This document shows positions 9,718-19,335 of a DNA stretch of 42,651 nucleotides, one piece after another. Both the position numbers and the translations under genes were made by a program. The DNA comes from Rubrobacteraceae bacterium (GTDB lineage: Bacteria; Actinomycetota; Rubrobacteria; Rubrobacterales; Rubrobacteraceae). The stretch is taken from the NCBI GenBank assembly GCA_036388755.1, contig DASVRE010000257.1, positions 1 through 42,651 on the forward strand, given 5' to 3'. Within the stretch, counting starts at the first letter, position 1; each line of letters opens with the position of its first letter. The notes below the pieces were generated by a model. That model was given only the letters and a program-made list of their open reading frames with translations, was not told the origin of the DNA and did no database searches.

Positions 9718-9743
9718 GTTTGCTATGCCTCTTTTTCGGGCAC
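9718..9743 (+). promoter_or_regulatory. Putative SigB/SigF-type stress promoter
   Basis: GTTT-N16-GGGCAC about 40 nt upstream of a GlsB-family stress gene. Confidence 0.45.
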
Positions 9744-9782
9744 AGCCTTACCGGAGACGGTTCTCGACGTGGAGGCTAAAGC

Positions 9783-10040
9783 ATGGGAATACTGGCATGG
9801 ATCGTGATCGGGCTCATCGCTGGAGCGTTAGGTAAGTTGATTATGCCGGGGGACGACCCTGGGGGCATCATTGTGACGACCCTTATCGGGATGGTCGGCG
9901 CCGTCGTGGGCGGATTGGTGATGTACAGCATACTCGGCTTCAACCAGGGTGGCTTCATCTGGTCCATCATCGTCGCCACGATTGGCGCCATAATACTGCT
10001 GGCTATCTACCGTTTAATCGTGGGCAGGAGGACTACCTGA
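9783..10040 (+). CDS. GlsB/YeaQ/YmgE family stress-response membrane protein
   Basis: MGILAWIVIGLIAGALGKLIMPGDDPGG...IVATIGAIILL; GGAGG RBS. Confidence 0.93.
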   Translation: MGILAWIVIGLIAGALGKLIMPGDDPGGIIVTTLIGMVGAVVGGLVMYSILGFNQGGFIWSIIVATIGAIILLAIYRLIVGRRTT

Positions 10041-10052
10041 CGAAATTCGTTC

Positions 10053-10085
10053 AGAGACCGGGACCGCCGTGGTTCCGGCCTCTTT
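10053..10085. terminator. Hairpin between convergent genes
   Basis: AGAGACCGGGACC-5 nt-GGTTCCGGCCTCT followed by TT. Confidence 0.6.
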
Positions 10086-10395
10086 ACAGTTCGAGGGTGC
10101 GGGTCTTCGGGGAGCCCTCTTCGTACTTGGCCGACTGGAGGGTCTTCCAGGAGAGCTGGAACAGCTGCTCTTCGGTCGGTTGCTTCGCCAGGTCCGGGGC
10201 GATTCCTGCTATGGCGGCGCGGGCGGCTTCGACACACTGATCCAGGGCTGCGTTGATCTCGTAGGCTCGGGCGGCCTGGTACTTTATTCGGAGACCCTTC
10301 GGCGGCGCGTCCTCGACAGCGAAGGCGAGCTCGTACTCCTCGGTGCGGCTCTCATAGTCGCCTATGCGCCTCGCGGTGCAGAAGAGGTCGGGCAT
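10084..10395 (-). CDS. Hypothetical protein (103 aa), probably leaderless
   Basis: ORF MPDLFCTARR...TLEL with high GC3; TAGAGT lies 7 nt before the ATG. Confidence 0.75.
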   Translation of the reverse strand: MPDLFCTARRIGDYESRTEEYELAFAVEDAPPKGLRIKYQAARAYEINAALDQCVEAARAAIAGIAPDLAKQPTEEQLFQLSWKTLQSAKYEEGSPKTRTLEL

Positions 10396-10498
10396 GTGAC
10401 CTACTCTACCAGCGACTCCAGGTGCTTTCACAGACGATGCACCGGCGTTGCGGTATGTTTGTTCGACAGCGAATTCGAACGGAAACGGCGGATACTCT

Positions 10499-11356
10499 AT
10501 GACCGATCGTACGCAAGACGTTCCCACGCGCACCATCCGGGTCGCTCACAGCCCGGACTCGGACGACGCATTTATGTTTTACGCCCTCTCGCAGGACAAG
10601 TTTGATACGGGGAACTTGCGCTTTGTACACGAGCTTTCGGACATCGAGAGCCTAAATCGCAGAGCGTTAACGGGCGAACTCGAGGTTTCGGCGGTCTCCA
10701 TCCACGCCTACGCGTACATCTCAGAGAGGTACGCGCTGCTCTCTAGCGGGTCCTCGATGGGGGACAGATACGGGCCGCGGCTCGTGGCTACAGAGAAGGC
10801 GGGGCGCGGGGATCTGAAGGGGAAGACGGTCGCGGTACCGGGAGAGTGGACGACGGCCTTTCTCGCGCTCAAGCTCTACGAGCCCGAGGCCGAGCACGTC
10901 GTGGTGCCGTTTGATGAGATCATGGGCTTCGTCGCGCGCGGGGATGCGGACGTCGGGCTCATCATCCACGAGGGCCAGCTCTACCACGAGAGCGAGGGGT
11001 TACACCTGATCGAAGACCTAGGTGAGTGGTGGTACGGGGAGACGAACCTGCCCCTGCCCCTGGGCGGCAATGTCGTCCGCCGCGACCTAGGCGAGGACAC
11101 CATCCGCGAGGTGGCCCGTCTCATAAAGGCGAGTATCCAGTACTCCCTCGACAACCGCGAAGAGGCCCTGGCCTACGCTTTGGGCTACGCCCGCGACTTA
11201 CCTCCCGAGCTCGCGGACAAGTTCGTCTCCATGTACGTGAACGAGTGGACCGTAGACTACGGCGAGACCGGACGTGAGGCCGTACAGACCTTGCTCTCGC
11301 GCGGCTACGAGGCAGGCGTCATACCGCATAAGGTAGAGGTCGAGTTCGTGGGGTAG
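10499..11356 (+). CDS. mqnD: 1,4-dihydroxy-6-naphthoate synthase (futalosine menaquinone pathway)
   Basis: HSPDSDDAFMFYAL, DIESLN, PGEWTTA, LIIHEGQ, DLGEWW, LPLPLG, MYVNEWT. Confidence 0.88.
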   Translation: MTDRTQDVPTRTIRVAHSPDSDDAFMFYALSQDKFDTGNLRFVHELSDIESLNRRALTGELEVSAVSIHAYAYISERYALLSSGSSMGDRYGPRLVATEKAGRGDLKGKTVAVPGEWTTAFLALKLYEPEAEHVVVPFDEIMGFVARGDADVGLIIHEGQLYHESEGLHLIEDLGEWWYGETNLPLPLGGNVVRRDLGEDTIREVARLIKASIQYSLDNREEALAYALGYARDLPPELADKFVSMYVNEWTVDYGETGREAVQTLLSRGYEAGVIPHKVEVEFVG

Positions 11357-11413
11357 TCCATATCGTGGATTACGTCGTGGGTGACGCCCCCCTGCTAGAC
11401 TGGCCCGAGGTTC

Positions 11414-13483
11414 GTGGAAAAACTGTTCGAAACGGGCAAGAAGGCGTCCAGGAGGCCGTTGGGCGGGGGCAAGAAACCGTCTAGAAAGTGCCTTAGCTGG
11501 GCTTTGCGTTTTTTGCGGTTCCTCTTCAACCTCGTCCTGATCCTTCTCGTCGTCGCTCTCATGATTGTCTTTGGCCTATACCTGTTCTTGATGTACACCT
11601 ACGACGACCAGCTCGATAGCAGGTACCCGGACCTCGTCCAGAACTCTTCTGTCTACGACGCAGACGGCAACAGGATAAGCGAGTTCAAGGCGGAAGAGAA
11701 CCGCCGTACGGTCGGCGAGGACGAGCTCGGCGAGTATCTCCCTCAGGCGGTCGTCGCCGTGGAGGACAGGCGTTTCTACAAGCACTACGGCGCGGACTTC
11801 GCCGGCATCGGGCGCGCGGCCTGGGAGGATCTGCAGACGCTCACCGTCAGCCAGGGTGGTTCGACGATAACCGAGCAGCTTATGAAGAACCTGTACATCT
11901 CCGAGGAGCGGCGGGGCAACGTATCGCTCTGGCGTCGCTTGGAACAGGCCTCGCTCGCTTTCGCCTACGAGCGGCGTCACACCAAAGACGAGATCCTCAC
12001 CACCTACCTGAACACCGTATACTTCGGAGACGGTGCCTACGGGGCCGAGGAGGCCGCCGAGACATACTTCGGCAAGAGCGCCGCGGATCTCAGCCTCGAC
12101 GAAGCCGCCGCGCTTGCAGGATTCCTGCACTCTCCCTCGACCTACCTCCCCGAGGAGACCGGGGAGGGTTCCGATATCGCCACCGAGCGGCGCAACGCGG
12201 TCCTTGAGATGATGGCCGAGCAGGCCATGATCTCTTCCGAGGAGCTGGACGAGGCCGAAGAATTCACTCTGGCGTTTGCCCCCGACCAACCACCCGACGA
12301 CCCGGTCCATGACCCGTTCGTGGGGGCGGTGCGCAGGGAGGTCGAGAAGGAGATCGGACCCGAGGACCTCGAACGTGGGGGCCTCGCGATCCATACCACC
12401 CTCGATCCCACCCTACAGCAGGAGGCCGCGGAATCCGTCGAGGAGACCCTTGACGAGTCTGGTGACCCATCCGGTGCCGTCGCGAGCGTCGAGCCCCAAA
12501 ACGGGGCGATAAGGGCCCTCGCCGGCCAGAAAGACGACTTCAACTTGGCGCTCGACGCCCGTCGCCAACCCGGGAGCGCCTTCAAGCCGTTCGTGCTCGC
12601 GACCGCACTAAAGGAATTCGTCTCGCCGGACGCGACCTACTACTACTCGCGCAACCTGCGCATCGACTACAAGGGGGAGATGTACGAGGTTCAGAACTAC
12701 GACGGGGTGGAGAGGGGTAGGATCCCGCTAAGTCAGGCCATGGCCGAGTCGGATAACTCGGTCCACGTGCAGCTCGCCCTGGACCTCGGTCTTAAGAACG
12801 TTACCGGGACGGCCGCGGCGATGGGTGTGACCACTCCCGTCGACCCGTACCCCGCGACGGCTATTGGGGGCCTAGGTACGGGCGTTTCGGCACTGGAGAT
12901 GGCCTCAGCGTACGCAACCTTCGCAGCAAGTGGCATCCACCGCGAGCCCTACACCGTAGAGCTGGTAGTGAAGTCCAACTTTGGCGAGAGCGAGTCGGTC
13001 TACGACCACAAGATCGAGGGAAGGCGTGTCCTCTCCGGCAACCAGGCCGCCGCCGGCACAGAGGTCTTGAGGAGGGTAGTCCGGAGCGGTACTGCCAGCT
13101 TCTACCACGACCTGGACTCCGAGATAGGGCGCCCCTCGGCAGGAAAGACCGGTACTACCGACGACTTCGTAGATGCCTGGTACGTCGGCTATACCCCTCG
13201 GCTCTCGACTGCCGTCTGGGTTGGATATCCCGAGGGCCACAAGCCCATGCTCGGCGTCCACGACGAGTCTGTTGTTAACGGCGAGACCCTGCCTATGGAC
13301 ATCTGGTCCAGCTACATGGCTGAGGCTACCGCCGAAGACCCCGTCTTCGACTTCCCGCGCCCCGACCGAAGCGAGTTCGTTCCCCTCTTCCGGGGTTACG
13401 CGGCGAGCCCAGCCCCCGCCCTGGGCGGCACTCCGCCCCGGATCATCCCGCCACCACGCGAGAGGCGGGCCGGGCCGGGCTGA
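11414..13483 (+). CDS. Class A penicillin-binding protein (transglycosylase/transpeptidase)
   Basis: N-terminal TM; EDRRFYKHYG, GGSTITEQL, YLNTVYFG; SAFK, SDN, KTG motifs. Confidence 0.95.
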   Translation: MEKLFETGKKASRRPLGGGKKPSRKCLSWALRFLRFLFNLVLILLVVALMIVFGLYLFLMYTYDDQLDSRYPDLVQNSSVYDADGNRISEFKAEENRRTVGEDELGEYLPQAVVAVEDRRFYKHYGADFAGIGRAAWEDLQTLTVSQGGSTITEQLMKNLYISEERRGNVSLWRRLEQASLAFAYERRHTKDEILTTYLNTVYFGDGAYGAEEAAETYFGKSAADLSLDEAAALAGFLHSPSTYLPEETGEGSDIATERRNAVLEMMAEQAMISSEELDEAEEFTLAFAPDQPPDDPVHDPFVGAVRREVEKEIGPEDLERGGLAIHTTLDPTLQQEAAESVEETLDESGDPSGAVASVEPQNGAIRALAGQKDDFNLALDARRQPGSAFKPFVLATALKEFVSPDATYYYSRNLRIDYKGEMYEVQNYDGVERGRIPLSQAMAESDNSVHVQLALDLGLKNVTGTAAAMGVTTPVDPYPATAIGGLGTGVSALEMASAYATFAASGIHREPYTVELVVKSNFGESESVYDHKIEGRRVLSGNQAAAGTEVLRRVVRSGTASFYHDLDSEIGRPSAGKTGTTDDFVDAWYVGYTPRLSTAVWVGYPEGHKPMLGVHDESVVNGETLPMDIWSSYMAEATAEDPVFDFPRPDRSEFVPLFRGYAASPAPALGGTPPRIIPPPRERRAGPG

Positions 13484-13517
13484 CGTCGATCTCGCCAGCA
13501 GATGGTATAAAACTCGC

Positions 13518-13970
13518 GTGGATCTCGAAGGGCTCTACGGTGCATCGTTCATAGATTGGGAGGCGGTCGCCGCCTCTTGGTCGAAGCGCACCGTGTCTAG
13601 TAGGCTCCTCCTCTTTGCCGCCCGCCGCTACCTCGAAGCCGAACCCGGCTACAAGAGTACGGAGCGCACCGAAGTCTTAGAACCCGCCCCGCTCCCGGAA
13701 GAGATCAAAGCTGCCTTCGCCGCGCCCCCCGACCCCGAGAGCACGGCCTCGCGCTCGTGGGGAGAGTTCGTGGACGCGGCCCTCGCCGCCGAACTGGAGA
13801 TGGTCCCTTACGGGGAACGCCCGGTACTCCTGGGCGAGCTTCGCACGGGCCTTACTCAAGCAGCCGAAGAAGCAGACCCGAATACTTCTCTAGGTCGCTG
13901 GTTCCTGATACGTCGTGACGCACTCCCCGGTGGAGACCTGCCCGAGAGCCCGGAGTACATTCCTGTCTAA
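13518..13970 (+). CDS. Hypothetical protein (150 aa)
   Basis: GTG start 6 nt after TATAAA; coding-like composition (MDLEGLYGASFIDWEAVAASW...PEYIPV). Confidence 0.75.
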   Translation: MDLEGLYGASFIDWEAVAASWSKRTVSSRLLLFAARRYLEAEPGYKSTERTEVLEPAPLPEEIKAAFAAPPDPESTASRSWGEFVDAALAAELEMVPYGERPVLLGELRTGLTQAAEEADPNTSLGRWFLIRRDALPGGDLPESPEYIPV

Positions 13971-14078
13971 CCAGACGACTAGTCGCGCCGATCGTCCGAG
14001 ATGCTGACAAGCCGGTAGCCGCTGGAATAGAATCCGTGCTGCGTACGAACGACGGCATCGAGGGGAAGGTTTTTACAC

Positions 14079-15530
14079 GTGGAAGCGATACCCAGCGCAA
14101 GCTATAGCATGACCTTGAGGGTGGAGTTCCCGCACCGGGGCGGGACGCTGGGCGCTATCCTGACGGCCGTCGGCGAAGCCGGAGGCATGGTCGGGGCGGT
14201 CGATATCGTCCGGATGCGGGAAGACAGGAGCATTCGTGACATCACGGTGAGCGCCAGCGATTCCGAGCATGGGCGTAGGATCGTCGAGACGGTCGAGGCG
14301 TTGCCGGAGACGCACGTCATCAACATCTCGGACCGCACGTTTTTGATGCACCTCGGTGGTAAGATCGAGGTGAGGTCGAAGATGCCGGTTCGCACGCGCG
14401 ACGACCTCTCGATGGCTTACACCCCCGGCGTAGCGAGGGTATGCCGGGCAATTGCCGAGGAACCCGAGCGTGCTTTCAACCTGACGATCAAGCGAAACAC
14501 CGTCGCCGTGGTCTCCGACGGGACGGCGGTCTTGGGCCTCGGGGACATAGGACCCGAGGCTGCGATGCCGGTTATGGAGGGCAAGGCGATGCTCTTCAAG
14601 GAGTTCGCGGATGTGGACGCCTTTCCGCTGTGTCTCGATACGAAGGACCCGGACGAGATTGTGCAGATCGTCAAACTCATAGCACCAGGCTTCGGTGGAA
14701 TAAACCTAGAGGACATCTCAGCGCCGCGGTGCTTCGAGATAGAGGAGCGCCTCAAAGAGAAGCTCGACATACCGGTCTTCCACGACGATCAACACGGCAC
14801 GGCGGTCGTGGTCCTCGCGGCGCTCATCAACTCCCTGAAGATCATCGGCAAGCAGATGAAGGACCTCAAGGTCGTGGTAAACGGGGTCGGGGCCTCGGGG
14901 GTGGCGTGCGCGAAGATCATGCTCGCCGCCGGTGTGGAGAATATTGTGGGGTGCGACAGCAGGGGCATCGTCCACCGAGACCGTCAAGGTATGAACCATT
15001 CCAAAGCGTGGTTCGCCGAGCACACGAACCCCGAAGGGCGCACCGGCGGTCTCGCCGAGGCGGTGAAGGGCGCGGACATCTTTTTGGGCCTCTCCGTGCC
15101 CAAAGTACTGACGCTCGACCTTCTGAAGTCGATGGCGGACGATCCGATCGTCTTCGCGATGGCCAACCCCGAACCGGAGATCATGCCGGAGGTCGCTATG
15201 GGGCACGCTCGTATCATCGCGACCGGCCGCAGCGACTATCCGAACCAGATCAACAACGTCCTCTGCTTCCCCGGTATCTTCCGCGGGGCCCTAGACGTCC
15301 GGGCCCGTGAGATCAGCGAAGACATGAAGCTTGCCGCCGCTGAAGCCATAGCCGGAGTAATCCCCGAGGAGAGCCTGGCCGAGGACTACATCATCCCGAG
15401 CGTCTTTGACGAGCGCGTCGCCCCCGCGGTCGCCGAAACGGTCGCCGAAGCCGCGAGAAAGAACGGCACGGCCCGTCGCGTAAACAAGCAGGAGCAAGAG
15501 ACCGGCATCTCGACTCCGCTGTTGTTTTAG
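14079..15530 (+). CDS. NAD(P)-dependent malic enzyme with N-terminal ACT domain
   Basis: AYTPGVA, VSDGTAVLGLG, PVMEGK, NLEDI, FHDDQHGT, AMANPEPE, TGRSDYPNQINN. Confidence 0.95.
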   Translation: MEAIPSASYSMTLRVEFPHRGGTLGAILTAVGEAGGMVGAVDIVRMREDRSIRDITVSASDSEHGRRIVETVEALPETHVINISDRTFLMHLGGKIEVRSKMPVRTRDDLSMAYTPGVARVCRAIAEEPERAFNLTIKRNTVAVVSDGTAVLGLGDIGPEAAMPVMEGKAMLFKEFADVDAFPLCLDTKDPDEIVQIVKLIAPGFGGINLEDISAPRCFEIEERLKEKLDIPVFHDDQHGTAVVVLAALINSLKIIGKQMKDLKVVVNGVGASGVACAKIMLAAGVENIVGCDSRGIVHRDRQGMNHSKAWFAEHTNPEGRTGGLAEAVKGADIFLGLSVPKVLTLDLLKSMADDPIVFAMANPEPEIMPEVAMGHARIIATGRSDYPNQINNVLCFPGIFRGALDVRAREISEDMKLAAAEAIAGVIPEESLAEDYIIPSVFDERVAPAVAETVAEAARKNGTARRVNKQEQETGISTPLLF

Positions 15531-15666
15531 AGCTGTCGGCAGGATCGTGGAGGGTAGTGGTGGTGTCTTCGAGTAGCGCTCTTCAGAAGGTACACGAATC
15601 CCTGTAGCTGATAGCCGACGTCCAAATGTGAGTTGCCATACGCTTTACCCGTCATAGAATGTAGGG

Positions 15667-15945
15667 GTGGACACACTGCGACAGATCTTCGTCTGCGCCA
15701 CACCCGGGAAGGGTAGGTGCGGGGCCAAAGGCGGTAGCGAACTCTTCGAGCGGTTCCGGGAAGAGGTAGTAAGCCTGGGAATTTCGCCGTCGGCCGTTTT
15801 GCGCAACGCTTGTACCCGCCGCCACGAGGATGGGCCGGTCGTCTTCGTGTTCCCTGACGACGTTTGGTACACCCACGTAACCCTCGAAGACGTTAGGGAG
15901 ATAGTAGACAAGCACCTTGCCCGGCAGACGCGGGTAAAAAACTAG
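15667..15945 (+). CDS. Thioredoxin-like (2Fe-2S) ferredoxin
   Basis: IFVC-x7-C, then C-x3-H-x2-GP, VFPDDVWY, IVDKHL; leaderless after TAGAAT. Confidence 0.85.
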   Translation: MDTLRQIFVCATPGKGRCGAKGGSELFERFREEVVSLGISPSAVLRNACTRRHEDGPVVFVFPDDVWYTHVTLEDVREIVDKHLARQTRVKN

Positions 15946-15966
15946 CGCGTTTCTTGCCGACTGCCT

Positions 15967-17256
15967 TCAGCCGTGGGCTGGCCGGTCAGGGGTGAACCCG
16001 ACGCGTCCTAGGATCCGATCCATCGCCCAGTCCGCGCCCGTCAAGAGGCGTCCACGGCTACTCTTCATGTAGTAGAGGAAAACGCTCCTGTAGAGCGCCT
16101 GGGCGGCGCGGCCCTTAATCTTTACGCCTAGAGGATCCGCCACGCCGCTCTCAGGGCCGAGACTCACCACGTAACCCCGATCGAAGAACTCGAAGGGTTT
16201 GCGCCTCTCGTCGGGCACCCCTCGCAGCTTTCGCTCGATATCTCGGGCGGCATAGGGGCCCTGCTGGACCGCGACGGAGGCGGTGGGAGGTAGTGGACCT
16301 TGCCGGGGATGCTCGTAGATGCCGCCATCCCCTAGTACGTAGACATCTGGGTGTTCTGGGAGCGTCAGATGCTCGCTTACCGAAACCCGTCCCGCCTCGT
16401 CGTGCTTCCCGGGCAGGTCCCTTATGAGCGGGTTCGCTCGAATCCCCGTGGCCCATACGCGTATCGCCGCCGGTAGCCTTTCGTCGCCGGTATCGACCCC
16501 TTCTGCGTCGGCATCTATCACCGGAGAGTTCAGCTTGATCTCCACTCCCAGCCGGGTGAGCTCTTCTACAGCCACATCGTGGAAGTACGGATCCAACCAA
16601 TCCATGAGCCGATCCGTTGCCTCTAACAACACTACCCGCGGTTCCTCGGCGGGGACTCGCACGGTTCTTTTTCTCAGGTAGTCGAAGAGGGCGGCGACTT
16701 CTGCGGCGAGTTCGACCCCCGTCGCCCCGCCGCCCACGATGGCCACCGTCAGCCTACCCGGTGGAAGGGCCATTCTGCTTGATGCCGTATGCCAGGCTCT
16801 ATTCAGCGCGTTGCGTAGTTCGAGGGCATGTGCGAGGCTCCAGAAGGTCTGAAAGTAGTCGGAGAGCCCTTCGGGGGGAGGAGCGGCGACGCTGCCGGGC
16901 GCAAGGACGAGATAGCGGTACTTTATGGCTCCAGACGAGGTGAGGAGGATGTTGTTCTGGAGGTCCACCCTGGTCGCTTCGGCCCCTAAGACATCGTAGG
17001 ATGCATCGGTGCTGGGGGTTATAGGGGTACAGACGCTTTCCGGGTGAACCCGGCCGACAGCAACTTCGTGGATCAGGGGTATAAACGCATACTCTTGACC
17101 GCGATCCACGAGAAGCATCTCGCCCGGCCGCCGCAGCGCGGGCGGTAGGTTACGCAAGAACGACCCTCCCGCGAACCCGGCCCCCACGACCACCACCCTT
17201 GCGCCAGCCGGGGGTGCCGCACTCGGGCGATACCCGCTCTCTACGTTCTCAGTCAC
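15967..17256 (-). CDS. NAD(P)/FAD-dependent oxidoreductase (type II NADH dehydrogenase-like)
   Basis: GAGFAG, GGGATGVELAAE, VYVLGD, AVQQG. Confidence 0.9.
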   Translation of the reverse strand: MTENVESGYRPSAAPPAGARVVVVGAGFAGGSFLRNLPPALRRPGEMLLVDRGQEYAFIPLIHEVAVGRVHPESVCTPITPSTDASYDVLGAEATRVDLQNNILLTSSGAIKYRYLVLAPGSVAAPPPEGLSDYFQTFWSLAHALELRNALNRAWHTASSRMALPPGRLTVAIVGGGATGVELAAEVAALFDYLRKRTVRVPAEEPRVVLLEATDRLMDWLDPYFHDVAVEELTRLGVEIKLNSPVIDADAEGVDTGDERLPAAIRVWATGIRANPLIRDLPGKHDEAGRVSVSEHLTLPEHPDVYVLGDGGIYEHPRQGPLPPTASVAVQQGPYAARDIERKLRGVPDERRKPFEFFDRGYVVSLGPESGVADPLGVKIKGRAAQALYRSVFLYYMKSSRGRLLTGADWAMDRILGRVGFTPDRPAHG

Positions 17257-17448
17257 GCCGTGGTGCCCTCCTCCTGCTGATCGGGGGAGCGAGTATACCT
17301 TTCGGGTTCTACAATATTTATGTGGTACTTTACAAAAGGGTCTAAGCTACGTACACTCTACGCTACGAACCGGCTTAGGGGTTGCTGGTCGAGAGAAATA
17401 GGGGAACCAAGGGGACGTCTCGTCTTTAGGGGCTAGAAAGGGACCGTA

Positions 17449-17781
17449 TTGGCGAAGGAGGAGTTGGGCGTCGAGGAGATCATCCCGGGGCTCATAGTAA
17501 GGCACACCAACCGTCGGTTGGGGAAGCTCGAAATGCCGGACGCCTGTGAGCGTTTGATCTCGGGCAAGATCTCGTTCTCGGAGTTCGTAGATCAGGTCGG
17601 CGAAAGCTTTCGGGAGCTTCTGGATTTCATGATGGAACATGATCTTCACCCGGGGCGCCCTGCCGAAGTTCTCTACTGCGTAGATTGCTACGCAGCAATC
17701 TGTACACGCGCCATTCTGCGCGCCCAGCTCGGCAGGCTCTACCGTTTGGGTAGCGGCACGCACGACCGGAAGGTGGGCTAG
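17449..17781 (+). CDS. Hypothetical protein (110 aa) with CxxC
   Basis: TTG start after AAAGGGA; fills the intergenic gap; YCVDC motif. Confidence 0.6.
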   Translation: MAKEELGVEEIIPGLIVRHTNRRLGKLEMPDACERLISGKISFSEFVDQVGESFRELLDFMMEHDLHPGRPAEVLYCVDCYAAICTRAILRAQLGRLYRLGSGTHDRKVG

Positions 17782-17802
17782 CCCGTTAAGCGGTAGAATC
17801 TC

Positions 17803-17868
17803 TTTGTAAGGCGGACCAGCCGGTGTCGCGAGGCGACATCGGGGGTACGGAACCGGGTCCGCCTGGCC
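17803..17868 (+). ncRNA. Candidate structured leader or small RNA
   Basis: AGGCGGACC (17809-17817) pairs with GGTCCGCCT (17856-17864); 10-bp hairpin at 17820-17842; directly downstream of TAGAAT (17794-17799). Confidence 0.4.
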
Positions 17869-17898
17869 TTGTAACCGGAGATTAGGGAGGACGCGGGC

Positions 17899-18120
17899 GT
17901 GAACGACGAGGCACAGAAAAGGGCGATCACGATGCTTTCGACGGGGATCGCGTACCTGCTGGCGAGCCGCTTCGCCGACAAGTTCTTCGACGAGCCCGAG
18001 GAGCGCGGCGTGGCGGACGATATCAAAGAAGCTCTCGTTAAGGCGAGCTTCTCGCTTGCCTCAACGGTCATAGCCTCGGTAGTCATCCGGCGAGTCGTAA
18101 GCAGCCGCTGGGGCGCTTAG
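17899..18120 (+). CDS. Small membrane-associated protein (DUF4235-like)
   Basis: AGGGAGG RBS; two hydrophobic helices flanking DEPEERGVADDIKEAL. Confidence 0.7.
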   Translation: MNDEAQKRAITMLSTGIAYLLASRFADKFFDEPEERGVADDIKEALVKASFSLASTVIASVVIRRVVSSRWGA

Positions 18121-18148
18121 AGAGCTTCTCAGGGGGCCTGTACCCCTC

Positions 18149-19264
18149 GTGACGTCTCCGGTCGGTCCGAGCCTCTTCCAGCTGGCGCGGTTCGCGCTCG
18201 TCCTCGGGCTCCTCGTGACCGGAGGGCTCTTGCTCTACGAGCTCATCGGCGTCATCGAGGTTCTGGCCCTTGCGCTGATCATAGCCCTGATCCTGGCCCC
18301 CGCTGTGGATCTGCTCGTCCGTCTGAGGTTCCCGCGCTTTCTGGCGCTGCTCGTGGTCTTAGCCAGCGTGGTCGTGGGTTTCGGGCTCTTGGGCTACATC
18401 GTACTGCCGCTCCTCTCTGATCAGGGCAGCGACTTTCTGGCTCGGGCCCCCGGGGTGGTTCGCAGCGTCCAGGATTACTTCCAGGACCTTGCCGAGAGCT
18501 ACCCGGCCTTGGGTGTCGGGGAGGGTGTCGCGAGCCTGAACCTCACTGACGCCATCGAGGAGGTTATACAGAGGGCTGGGGAGCTCTACAACTTAACTAC
18601 CCGTGGGGCGGGTCTGCTCTTGCAGGCCATGGGAGCCGTGGTTATGGCGCTCTACATGGTCTCCAACCCTCGACCGCTCGTGAATGGAATGCTCGCGCTC
18701 TTCCCGCCTCAGAAGCGAGGGAGGGTAGAAGAGATCCTCACGCTAATTAAAGAACGGGTCTCCGGTTGGATCATCGGCCAGATCGCAGCGATGGTACTGA
18801 TCTTCGCCCTTACCTGGGCGGGCCTCGCTGCCCTCGACGTAGAGTACGCTTTCACCTTCGCCGTTCTGACCGGTGTCTTGGAGATAGTGCCATTCTTCGG
18901 TCCTATCCTCGCCGCCATCCCCCCGACATTGGCCGCCTTTGCCGACTCCCCGACCAAAGCCCTGGTCGTCGTCGTCATCTACGTGGCCATACACCAGATA
19001 GAGGCACATCTTATCTCCCCGATGGTCATGGCCCGTAGCGTGCAACTCCACCCGGTAATGGTCATCTTGGCCGTCCTGGCGATGGGGGACCTCCTTGGGT
19101 TCGCGGGAGTCGTCCTCGCCGTCCCGACCGCGGCCGTTATCACCGTTCTTCTCGACGAGCTCTACGTAAAGCCTTTGGGAGCTGCTCCGTCCCCCAGGGC
19201 CGTACAACTGCCCGAGCGCGATGGCGAGCACGAGGAGGAGTCTGCGACGACCCCTCGCCCTTGA
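18149..19264 (+). CDS. AI-2E family transporter
   Basis: Multi-TM; EIVPFFGPIL, HQIEAHLISPMVM, LHPVMVIL, GVVLAVP. Confidence 0.93.
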   Translation: MTSPVGPSLFQLARFALVLGLLVTGGLLLYELIGVIEVLALALIIALILAPAVDLLVRLRFPRFLALLVVLASVVVGFGLLGYIVLPLLSDQGSDFLARAPGVVRSVQDYFQDLAESYPALGVGEGVASLNLTDAIEEVIQRAGELYNLTTRGAGLLLQAMGAVVMALYMVSNPRPLVNGMLALFPPQKRGRVEEILTLIKERVSGWIIGQIAAMVLIFALTWAGLAALDVEYAFTFAVLTGVLEIVPFFGPILAAIPPTLAAFADSPTKALVVVVIYVAIHQIEAHLISPMVMARSVQLHPVMVILAVLAMGDLLGFAGVVLAVPTAAVITVLLDELYVKPLGAAPSPRAVQLPERDGEHEEESATTPRP

Positions 19265-19335
19265 ATCCTGTCTTGGGTGTCTTTCGGCTGCAGTCCGGTA
19301 TGCCCTGGTGAACTTGTTGGGTTATCATTTCGTCC

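Noticed and set aside
13173-13517. N-terminal extension of the 265-aa ORF
   Set aside because: Overlaps the PBP gene out of frame; the GTG at 13518 follows a -10-like element
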